Shown here piece by piece: positions 23,826 to 34,532 of a stretch of DNA of 34,532 nucleotides (positions are counted from its first letter, which is position 1; every line of letters starts with the position of its first letter). The notes below the pieces were generated by a model. The model was not told the origin of the DNA. It worked only from the letters and a program-made list of their open reading frames with translations, and searched no databases. Made by a program: the position numbers and the translations under genes. Origin of the DNA: Octopus bimaculoides (lineage: Eukaryota); the NCBI RefSeq assembly GCF_001194135.2, contig NC_068992.1:6223680-6258211 (forward strand), read 5' to 3'.

Positions 23826-23874
<49 letters not shown>

Positions 23875-23909
23875 TGTCTGTGTCTGTGTTTGTGCATAGA
23901 TCGATAGGC

Positions 23910-23988
<79 letters not shown>

Positions 23989-24029
23989 TAGACAGACAGG
24001 CAGACAGACAAACAAACAGACAGACAGAC

Positions 24030-24101
<72 letters not shown>

Positions 24102-24115
24102 CGATGGATAGATAG
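23826..24115. repeat. Compound (AT)n-(TG)n-(GATA)n-(GACA)n-(GATA)n microsatellite
   Basis: Direct reading. Confidence 0.95.
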
Positions 24116-24875
24116 AATCACAATGTTTGTGGTGTGGATTATAAAGACGATGGCGCCAAAGACGGCAAGAACGTCGACGGTATCTAGCATGACTGCGGCG
24201 TCGATGAATTACAACGACGACGGCGACCACAACGACGGTGATGACGGCGATATCAGCGATGACGATGACGACGACGATGATTATGATGGTGATGTTCTAC
24301 TACAAACCAAACAAGTAATATTTATTTCAATAAATGTTGAAAACCGATAACATATGGCAATGATGTGGACAGTATTTTAATTAATATACAAATAAATTAT
24401 AACAAATATTCAATAAGCGAATAAATAAACTTTCAAAATTAAAGTTTATGTCCAAACTACGTGTTGCTAAAGACTTTTCCAGACTTAATTACCAACTAAT
24501 AAATACACAAGTTCCATCATCTATATTAAATCGACCAATAAATACACTTATGTAAATGAAACTATTTATTTCTCCAAATACATAAGTTTTCAGCTGTCAG
24601 TTTCTGTTTTGATGGGGTTTTTGATGTTATTGTTGTTTTATAAGTTTCTTTTTTTAAGTTTTTTTTTATATACTATCTATTTATTTATGGATTGTTGGCA
24701 ACCAAGATTTGTTACTTTAAGCAGTCAAAGTGAAATATCAATACCATCTTCGTTTGATAACTTTGTTGCATGTAAGGGGTGAAGAGAAATAGGGAGAAAA
24801 TATGGAGAAAAGCGGGTTGCTTGCCTGTGGTAGGAGAATAATAAAACTTAAAGAAAATAGTGAATTCAATAGCAT

Positions 24876-24880
24876 ATTAC

Positions 24881-24956
<76 letters not shown>
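24876..24956. repeat. (ATT)n microsatellite
   Basis: Direct reading. Confidence 0.95.
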
Positions 24957-24957
<1 letters not shown>

Positions 24958-25111
24958 GCTGGGCGAAATGCTTAGCGGTATTACGTTCTGAGTTCAAATT
25001 CCGCCGAGGTGGATTTTGCCTTTCAACATTTCGGGGTTGATAAAATCAGTACAAGTTGAAGACTGGGGTCGATGTGATCGAGTCATCCCCTTCATCAAAA
25101 TTTCAGCCCTT
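24957..25111 (+). mobile_element. tRNA-derived SINE of octopus type, 5'-truncated
   Basis: cgctgggcgaaatgcttagcggtattacgttctgagttcaaattccgccgaggtggattttgcctttc...actggggtcgatgtgatcgag, with B-box gagttcaaattcc. A reverse copy lies at 8930-9141. Confidence 0.88.
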
Positions 25112-25329
25112 ATCATTATTAGCATTATTGTTGTTACTGTTGTTGTTGTTTTTGCTGTTGTTGTTGTTTTTGCCTCATGTTTTACTCAAAAGAAAGAGCA
25201 CCAAACAGGCTCTTCCTGGACCAGTGAGAGTTATGCAGTAGCTGTTTATTTTCATCGATATCTAAGGTAATCTCACAGATGCTTCACACTTTTTACAGTC
25301 CCCATATGAGTTACCACACGTTAGATATA

Positions 25330-25400
25330 TTCTCTATGCCGTAACTCTCAACTACGGAGCTAATACCTGGAAATCCTGTTGGCTAATTTTATAAACAACT
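25330..25400 (+). mobile_element. Possible tiny LINE (RTE-like) RT C-terminal relic
   Basis: YILYAVTLNYGANTW resembles the L.YGAETW motif. Nothing else supports it. Confidence 0.2.
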
Positions 25401-27309
25401 GGATGAAAGCTTCAGATAGCTAAAGAATAAAATTGTTGAGAGTTTCATCACACCAAAAAAGATAATAATAATATAAGAGGAGATCAATTTTCACCTCTTT
25501 CAGATTGAGCAGCCATTTAAATGCAAAGAGTGCTTTGATATTAAATTGCCAGCTTCGAGATAGAAGTCGATTTAACGTTAAATCAGAAGAATCCGTTCCA
25601 AAATTGGTTTCAATTCAGTTCACCAACATTCAAATTTAATCCTTAACAAAATATTAAAAGTCCTCTAATACAAAATTTTGGAAACTATAATTGAAATCTA
25701 TCAGAAATATATCCTTTAAATTTCCTAGCTTCTTTCAATAAAAGAGCCTTTATGCGGTTCTTCAGCGCGCAAGGAATAGTACACTTGAATTACACTATGT
25801 GGATTTTAGAGAGGTAGGAACTACATTGAATAGTATTGTTATATATATATAGGCTTCGCCGAAAAAAAGAGGGATGGTAAAGAGTTGAACGTCCCTAACT
25901 CGCTTTCATCAGTTTCCACCTGTGATTAAAGACAAAGAACATCTGTTTTAATCAAGTTCCAATGAAACATTTTCCAGGTGGTCCATCTGTCAGTTAGATA
26001 TAACAACCAAACCTTTCTCATTTAACATTCTATTCCCTCAGGAAAGAGCGACACGCTGTATAAGGGAGTTCTGGAGAAAGGCAGGTTAGTCATGGCTAAA
26101 AACTCATTAATCCAAAGATCTATTCAATGTATTTGTCTGAACGCCTACAGTCTTTGTTGGATGGTCCAATACAATCTTGGTTTTATAGGGTTTATTTTTT
26201 CTCTTAGTATCTTCATAAAGTTATGTCTCTGGTACCAATTCTTCTGGAAGATAAATTGTAAAACATTGTTCTAAAACTGGAATATCATACTGTATAACGT
26301 AGCCCTGAAAAGAACCTATTCAAATAAAGATATGCGAGATGGTTACCATTAGAACGTCCTCAAAGCTAAATATGTTCGATCAGACATGACATGGAGTAAC
26401 ACAATAATACCAAACGTTGTGAAGTAATGTTACCGTTACACAAAAGTTCTGATATACATTTAACATATATAATCTTTCACTCAGCGACGGTAGAGCAATG
26501 TCCTTGATACATTTATTTTGTATTTTCTGTTTTTTAGGGCCGCCCAGTGAAATTTCAAATAGCTACCAACGTATTGCGTCGTAATGTTAAATTTGGCGAC
26601 AAATTAATTATAATACCGACGAACTAAAAATGCAGACACATGGATCAAATGCCGCAAGGCATCTAATATGACGCTATAACAATTTAAGGAATCCGTTGAA
26701 TTAAACTGTCGACATCAACTGGGTTTGACACGAAAACACAGAGCGAAGAGACAAATACCATGAAGATTTTCTCTTGCGCTCGATCGACTATGCGAGCTGA
26801 GGGCCAAGAAAAAGAAAGGAAACGAATATCCGAAATCTATAACTGCATGACCACGACAGTATTACTATCATTCACTGAGAAGCTCGTGTTTTTTTTAATT
26901 ACGTCCCTTGATATTTTGAGCTAAAAGAAAAAGACTTCTTCCTAGATAGGTTTTGATAGAAAAAGAAAGAAAGAACTGTGGTCTATGGAATTGGCCGTTC
27001 CCTCTCCCAGTAATGTGTGCACTTCTGCCGATGTTTTGAAATAATAGCCACATTTCAGAAACTGCTGCCTGTGTAAATACAGGTTATAAAACATGTACTT
27101 TAAAGACAGGCGGCGATCTTTGGAAATTTAATTTACTTTTAAGCAAACTTCTCGAAAATTCAGGAGAGGAATCCCAGCTGTTATGCAGTTCCCACTATGC
27201 CAAGGAAGAATTAATGAAATGTTTAACTCTCATATGAGAATATTGATGTAAAGAAACTCATAAATCAGACGCTATACATTCGTATCCATTTAGAATTAAA
27301 AACCAAGAA

Positions 27310-27423
27310 CTCTCGTGTGTATGTTTATATATATACTCACTCATACATGTGTACATATATACATACATGCAAATATATGTATATTTATATGTTTATGTAT
27401 ATACATATGTGTGTGTGCATATG

Positions 27424-27493
<70 letters not shown>

Positions 27494-27495
27494 CT
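27310..27495. repeat. (AT)/(TG) compound microsatellite
   Basis: Direct reading. Confidence 0.9.
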
Positions 27496-27809
27496 TTGCC
27501 CACTACCGCTAGCTTTGGCACAGGTTTTACAATTTGGTGTTCCTGGTTTGCATGGGTTATGCAGATCTGCCAGGCCACAATTGGCGTGGTGCCACATGCG
27601 AATCAGTGAATCAGTTCGCAACACATAACAGGTGTTGCTGCCAATAAAATGAATTATATACACATTTTCATATGCATTTGAATAACATCTATATAAAAAC
27701 TATAATAAAAAAAACTAATAACTAATAACATCATAACGGAATAACCACATAATAAAATCTATACAAGAATGATTCTTTTTTTTAATTTTCCTAGTGGCAT
27801 TTTAGTAAT

Positions 27810-27877
27810 ATAACCATCATCTTCATCATCACTATATTCATCACCCTCGTCATCATCATCATCATCATCACCACCAC

Positions 27878-27938
<61 letters not shown>

Positions 27939-28265
27939 GTCATTGTCATCATAGTCGATGTTGTCGTCATCGACATCATTGCCGTCTACATCATCATCAT
28001 CATCATCATCAGTAGCATCGTATCAACACCTTCTCATATATATATCCATCAACCTTCTACACCATCGCATCATCATTCCATTATCCTCGTGGTTTTTCGA
28101 ATTTGATTCATGCCGTCCTCTTCCCCTTCCTCCTCCTCCTCCTCACTGTCATCATCATCATCACCATCCTCATTATTTATTCATTTATTTTCATCTCTAT
28201 TGTCATTTTATTTCACCACCGACTCTTCGTCATCACTCCCATCATCATCATCATCATCATCATCA

Positions 28266-28298
<33 letters not shown>

Positions 28299-28392
28299 TC
28301 ATCATCATTTTCATCACAAGTGACACCTACCACGACCACAATCACCAGGACTATCATACCACCCAACCCGCTCCCTCTCATCATCATTATCG

Positions 28393-28442
<50 letters not shown>

Positions 28443-29020
28443 GTGATGATAATAATCATCATTATCATCATCGCAACCAGAAATAATCCTTAAGCCATTC
28501 GTACCAGCATCACCACCTTCCTACACCACCTTCCTACACCACCTTCCTACACCAGCGCCTCCAAGGACACCTCCAATACGATATCACAGATGTCACCACT
28601 TCCGCAACGACTACATTAAACATTAAACTATCACCACCACAAAACACTACATTCGGTACTATCACCAACACACTCTCCATCTGCTTCGTCTACATTCTCA
28701 ACACCACCATCACCAAACCCGTCAATTTACTCTTCCACAGCTGCCCTTTCGTTGCCATCATCATCATCATCATTTTCATCGTCACCACCACCACCACCAC
28801 CAGCATTGTCGTTATCTTCACCATTCTTAATAATGGATCAAAGATCATTACCATTGTCACCTACATCTTTAGAATCATTACCACCGCCAAGTTACCGCCA
28901 TAATCAACACCATATCGACACCACCAGCGCATCTGCAACCATTTTCAACATTACGGTCAACATTACAATCACCACAATCATTACAACTACCACAGCGAAC
29001 GTAATAGAATATGGATCTAA
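27810..29020. repeat. Large decayed (CAT)n/(CAC)n/(CGT)n/(GAT)n trinucleotide field
   Basis: Direct reading. It is the source of the poly-His/Ser/Ile/Met/Asp ORFs. Confidence 0.92.
28511..28554. repeat. 13-bp minisatellite x3.4 (CACCACCTTCCTA)
   Basis: Perfect copies at 28511, 28524 and 28537. Confidence 0.92.
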
Positions 29021-29039
29021 AAGGAGTGAAATATATCTC

Positions 29040-29595
29040 GGGTTAAATCCTATATTTCTGGTTGTTGATTGGGACAAAAACATCAGCAAATGAGATTGTG
29101 ATGACTTTTCTTCACCAATGCGACTGTAATGCTGTCCACCCGCTTTCGCCCGAATCTTCTTGTGATACCTGAATATCTGACACACTCGTTTTGTGCGTTG
29201 CTGTACATCCTTACCATTCTAAATTTCGCAACCTTGAATTCCTCTTCCACGGACGACAGGGTAAGTTGGAGCTGTCCCGATGTTATGTAGAGACCTCTAT
29301 GTGTAGTAAGATCTTATTTGAAGTGAGACATTATGTGAAGTGAAGCTTACAGGGACACCCAACCACCTTCGATGTTATTTGTTTACATTCTTCTCCACTC
29401 TTTCTACACTTGTCTTTGGAATCCCAGACATAGTCAATAATTATATGAGTCCTGAGAGTAGCACGTGTTGGTAGAACCATCACTTGTATTTTCCTTGAAG
29501 CCCTGGTATTTCAATCGTCCTCAACCACTCCTCTGCTTGCTCCTCAGTACTACTGGCATTGCTTCTGTGAAAGATTGAACAGTCAAACCTCTTTT
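29040..29595 (-). mobile_element. HERO-clade (RLE-type) non-LTR retrotransposon fragment, post-RT region
   Basis: Minus strand: KRFDCS..NASSTEEQAEEWLRTIEIPGLQGKYK*WFYQHVLLSGLI*LLTMSGIPKTSVERVEKNVNK*HRRWLGVPVSFTS, a short insertion, then GLYITSGQLQLTLSSVEEEFKVAKFRMVRMY...GITRRFGRK. This matches HERO motifs GLPGKYKxWxYQH, RRWLGVPxSF and LQLPLSSxVEEFKVAK as I recall them. Confidence 0.82.
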
Positions 29596-29597
29596 CC

Positions 29598-29640
29598 TCA
29601 TAAGTCTGTTTGAGCAGTGCTGACCTGGGGCTAAACAACA
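29598..29640 (+). mobile_element. 3' tail of an octopus-type SINE/LINE ending in (AAC)n
   Basis: tcataagtctgtttgagcagtgctgacctggggctaaacaaca. Related degenerate tails lie at 6875-6965 (minus) and ~12535-12552. Confidence 0.6.
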
Positions 29641-30049
29641 TCACTCACACTTATTATCCTACTTATATTTCCTATAATCTTTCCATAATCTTACCAATCA
29701 TTAACTTACTTTCAGAGTGTTTCGACCGATTTGTTGAATCATGTTGAAAGCGTGATTACCATTCTCCTGAAGATGACATTGTAATGCTTTTACGACATTT
29801 AAAACTATTTTGGGTTGGACAAGAAAAACATGGAACTAAAGTCAGCCATAATTCCTGATGATATTTAGATACAAGCCTTGATATTTTCTTCGTTTTTGAG
29901 TTCTATGCATACTTGGTCTTTGCGCAGAAAAGAGGTTACTGTTGTCATAAACAGATCACATCCGAACATGGTCACCGGACCGAGGCAGATAATACTAAAG
30001 GCGGTCAAATTTATAGAAATACATGCATGTGTATGTAAATATGTATGCG

Positions 30050-30590
<541 letters not shown>

Positions 30591-31098
30591 TGTATCATTA
30601 CTATACATCTATTTAGATGCCCTTCCAATTATTTTTATTTCAGATTGAAGGAGAAGGCTGTAAGAGCCCTTTCAACACATTCTACTAAGCACTGCTTGTC
30701 ACAGCAGACTATTTTGCGAAATGCAGTCGGCACGTGAAGGCAATTCGCTAGCACGCTATGCAATAAATACTTGCATTGTGTTAAACTGCACAAAAGCGTT
30801 GCACAGACATATGAAATGCCCAAGACGGACATTATAATAAGAAGTTGACTTACTTCCCCTTGCTTCTTTTATTAGTTATCTCCCCTTTCATTTTTATTTA
30901 CTCTATTTATATTTATGCCCGTAAACTGAACAATTACCTGCAATATCCACTAAATAATTATACTTTTTCACACTTTTCTCGCTAAAAACCCTCTTGGTTA
31001 CCTCCTTTGTAATCTAAAAAAAACAACATCGTGACCATTGGTCCAGCCGTTTGACCGTGAAGAGGGTACAAACAGAGGGACATAACGCCTATTACAGT

Positions 31099-31302
31099 AA
31101 GATGAAGGAGGTTGTGACAAGTGTCCTGGACACCATCTTCACTTTAAAGGACTTCCATGAGACCTTCACGAAGGGGCTGAAGGGATACAACAACTGTATG
31201 GAAGTTAGAGAATCGTAGATTGAAGGATATTAGAGTTTTCTACTTCTTTTCAATTAAACGATGTCCTTCTAAAATCTAAAACTTATGGAATGCACCTTGT
31301 GT
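31099..31302 (+). mobile_element. Mariner 3' end fragment with terminal TIR-like sequence
   Basis: KMKEVVTSVLDTIFTLKDFHETFTKGLKGYNNCMEVRES*IEGY* matches the mariner C-terminus (..W..RY.KC.E..G.Y.E). It ends aaacttatggaatgcaccttgt. Confidence 0.75.
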
Positions 31303-31690
31303 AACAAGTACAGCGTGGAAGCTACATATTATATGTTCAGAAATACACGAAAACTGTTTACGTCACTTAAATTTTGGTATTAAAATCCTCGCAGCACATT
31401 TGACCTGGAGTCTGTGATTACACTGCAATTGCTTTCAAGCAAGCTTTTCCTTGACATCTATAAGTTAGAGGGTTATAATTTTTATCAAAATATGTCAGCC
31501 GTCCTGGTTGGAACCTCATAGTCGGTCACTTAATACGGTATTTAGTTGTATGTCACGTGTAATCTCCCTTCTCACAGCCTCTCTTTGGCATTCTATACAG
31601 TGAGTGAGAAGATTAATAACCTCTCAGAATTGAAGCTACGTGAGAAAGGAGACAATAGGAAACATCCTCAAACGTGACTGTAATGGTGAA

Positions 31691-31732
31691 AGCAGCAGCA
31701 GCAGCAGCAGCAGCAGCGGTAGTAGTAGTAGC

Positions 31733-31765
<33 letters not shown>

Positions 31766-31860
31766 TGCTGCGAAAATACTAAAAATACTACCACTGCTAC
31801 CTATTACGCTTGCTGCTTCTGCTGATATTGTTACCACCACCACATCCACCCCCACTGACT

Positions 31861-31907
<47 letters not shown>
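31691..31907. repeat. (AGC)n-(AGT)n ... (ACT)n microsatellites forming an inverted pair
   Basis: (AGT)n ~31719-31763 is the reverse complement of (ACT)n 31861-31907. Confidence 0.92.
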
Positions 31908-32355
31908 GTCACATCCACTGCTGCTTGATATTGCCTTTACTCTCTGGTAGATTCACCTCTCTGAGGTCATTAATCTTCTGACTTACTGTATACAACAATG
32001 CCACAGAGAAGGAAATTAAGTGGAGAGCGTACGTGACTTCCAACCAATTATCAGGTTATCTGACCAACTATGAGCACGCAGCTAAAGTGACCGACCTACG
32101 TAGAAAACACAAAGGCCACATCTAGTGAAATAAGCATAGCCATGTCACTCGGCACATTCCCTCATGAAGGTAACTGCCTGCTCTACTCTCACTACGTATG
32201 CAACCGTGTGCTGCCATCTGCTGGCGCACTAAGAACTAGTCCGGGACCCTTTTCATACTGCTTCGTACCATATGTGTGCGAGTGTGTGTGATTGTGTATG
32301 TGCGCCTGTGCATGCATGTGTGTATGTATGTGCGTTTGGGTTTGTTTGTGTGGAG

Positions 32356-32475
<120 letters not shown>

Positions 32476-33298
32476 GCGCAATGTCTAAAAATAGAAAATG
32501 CTCAAAAATTCGTCCACAATAAGCAGGCACTGCTTGCCAACTTTAACTTCCATTAAATATCGCATCATGTGATCAGAGCAAACTATGTTACGGTTAAAAA
32601 ATAAACATCAAATGAAATATGAGATAAGAGAATCGTTGAAAGAATGAGATAAGAGAATCATTGTTCCCGTTATGAACAATCCGAGAGCTTTGTATTAGAA
32701 ACAAAATTATTTGGACTGCCTAGATTTCGTTTCCTAGTAAGTTCTTATTTGAATTATTTCTATTCCCTTCAGAGAATTACCAACACTGAATTATATTCGC
32801 AATAAAATTGTATATACCCAAACATATGCATATCCATATTCGCCGAAATATTCGTACATGATCATGAAAATACATTAGTCTATATATATATATACCAGCA
32901 TAATCTGGAAAGCATACTCGCTCACAAAGAGACATATGTGCACACAAACTATTAACAATTGTTCTGCCCTCGGACAAGATACTGTATTTTACTTGTAGTT
33001 TGTCAAAATGAAGCGGGACTATAGTTGCACTCCTACATTACCGAACAATAACTATTGTTAAAATGGAGATCCACCAGAAAAATGAACGGCTGCGGTGACA
33101 GAACAAACCTACGTTCATAAAAACACACACACACACACAAGCGCGTTTGTCATGTTGATTTGCTGTTCTTGACAGTCTCACATTCTCAGACTATTTATGA
33201 TTTCAACTTATTTAATGCCTTCCTACTTAAATTGTTAATTTTTAAACGTGTCATATTTTAACATTATGTTAAATTATCAATTATTATAGACTGATGCA

Positions 33299-33361
33299 CT
33301 AAAGGCGGTGCTGTAGCATAGCCGCAGTCAAATGACTGAAACGTGTAAACGAGTAAAAGAG
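33299..33361 (+). mobile_element. SINE 3' tail fragment
   Basis: ctaaaggcggtgctgtagcatagccgcagtcaaatgactgaaacgtgtaaacgagtaaaagag matches the reverse of 3847-3880. Confidence 0.75.
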
Positions 33362-33465
33362 TATATATTAAAATATTGACATAATGTATGGCAAGAGGCA
33401 GAAATGCACGAGGAAGATAGAGAAATAGAAAAGTAGAGAGACAGAGAGAAGGAGAGAGATAGATA

Positions 33466-33621
33466 AGTAGGTAGGAAGGTAGGTAGGTAGGTAGGTAGGT
33501 AGGTAGGTAGGTAGGTAAGTAGGTAGGCAGGTAGGAAGGTAGGTAGGTAGGTAGGTAGGTAGGCAGGTAGGCAGGTAGGTAGGTAATTAGGTAGGTAGAG
33601 AGTGAGAAATAAACAGAGTGG

Positions 33622-33656
<35 letters not shown>

Positions 33657-33685
33657 GTAGATAGATAGATAGATAGATAGATAGG

Positions 33686-33748
<63 letters not shown>

Positions 33749-33810
33749 GTAGATAGGTAGATAGATAGATAGACAGACAAGCAGACAGATGGATAGATAG
33801 ACAGACAGAC
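33466..33810. repeat. (GGTA)n followed by (GATA)n/(GACA)n microsatellites
   Basis: Direct reading. Confidence 0.95.
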
Positions 33811-33891
33811 ACAACGCTATATACGCAAATAAATAATTTAACTATGAAAGCTATAGATATGGTTTTATTTGTTTATCAATTTTGCAGAGAC

Positions 33892-33928
<37 letters not shown>

Positions 33929-34349
33929 GCGAGAAATTAGAAGGAGAGTAATTGAGGATAAAATATATTTTAAGCAGCTTTGCGCAGGATCAGGATGCGC
34001 ACGCATATGTGTGTGTGTGTATGTTTTAGTGTCTGTTTATATATATGCCTATATATTTGTAGACAGATGTGCGTGTGTGTATGTATTTTTTTGTGTGTGC
34101 GTATATGTAACATAGTGACATTAGTAGGCAGGATTCTTCTGCTAATTATTGATCCATTATTTTCGTTCGTTTACTGGACTTCACATCAGATACTGAAGTG
34201 TGAACGTTTTGCTATCCGGACGCAACGGACATTATTTTTGCCTTGGCACATATTGCTGTTAAAATATTGTTAATGTGGCATATTGCATATGTATACGCTT
34301 ACCGATTATATAATTATATATGTTTGTGTGCATGTATGTGCACATCTAA

Positions 34350-34489
34350 CGATAACAACAACGACAACAACAACAATAATAATAATAGTGATAACAGAGG
34401 AGGGGGAGGGGCGCAGCAGCAGCAGAAGAAGGATGATGATCGGGATGATGACAACGACGACGACAATGATGATGATGATGATGATGATG

Positions 34490-34532
<43 letters not shown>
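34350..34532. repeat. (AAC)/(GAT)/(AAT)n trinucleotide tracts to the window end
   Basis: Direct reading. Confidence 0.93.

Noticed and set aside
25860-26310. Long, nearly open minus-strand frames that look protein-like
   Set aside because: No motif could be assigned with confidence and all frames contain stops.
27039-27238. ~66-codon open plus-strand frame without a start codon
   Set aside because: No recognisable domain and only weak splice sites.
27791-28493. Poly-His/Ser/Met/Asp ORFs
   Set aside because: Trinucleotide microsatellite translations, open in several frames and on both strands.
29718-29860. Exon-like frame with a single in-frame TGA after Cys (ESC*KRDY), a selenocysteine idea
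   Set aside because: No selenoprotein homology recognised, no SECIS identifiable, and no donor site.
32620-32660. Direct repeat atgagataagagaatc x2 (25-bp period)
   Set aside because: A simple local tandem duplication with no associated structure.

Overview
AT-rich, microsatellite-dense eukaryotic DNA with six N-gaps, most likely an octopod (Octopus-like) intronic or intergenic region. This is inferred from SINE sequences I recognise as octopus-type; no database search was run. No intact protein-coding gene is recognisable, and almost all long ORFs in the track are microsatellite or N-gap artefacts. The window is mostly decayed transposable elements: four mariner relics plus a mariner-derived MITE, a maT/DD37D-like Tc1/mariner relic (4440-5740) visible only across frameshifts, several SINE pieces, and a HERO-type non-LTR retrotransposon fragment (29040-29595). 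The most interesting structure is a ~5.5 kb region (about 16125-21670). It is bracketed by a ~92%-identical 107-bp inverted repeat, carries a 153-bp subterminal tandem array, and contains a frameshifted Mutator-like/Kolobok-type DDE transposase split by a nested near-full-length mariner. Weaker signals are an RFX X-box with forkhead motifs (10663-10813), repeated strand-switching microsatellite foldbacks, and a few isolated exon candidates. I see no evidence for a new multi-gene system.
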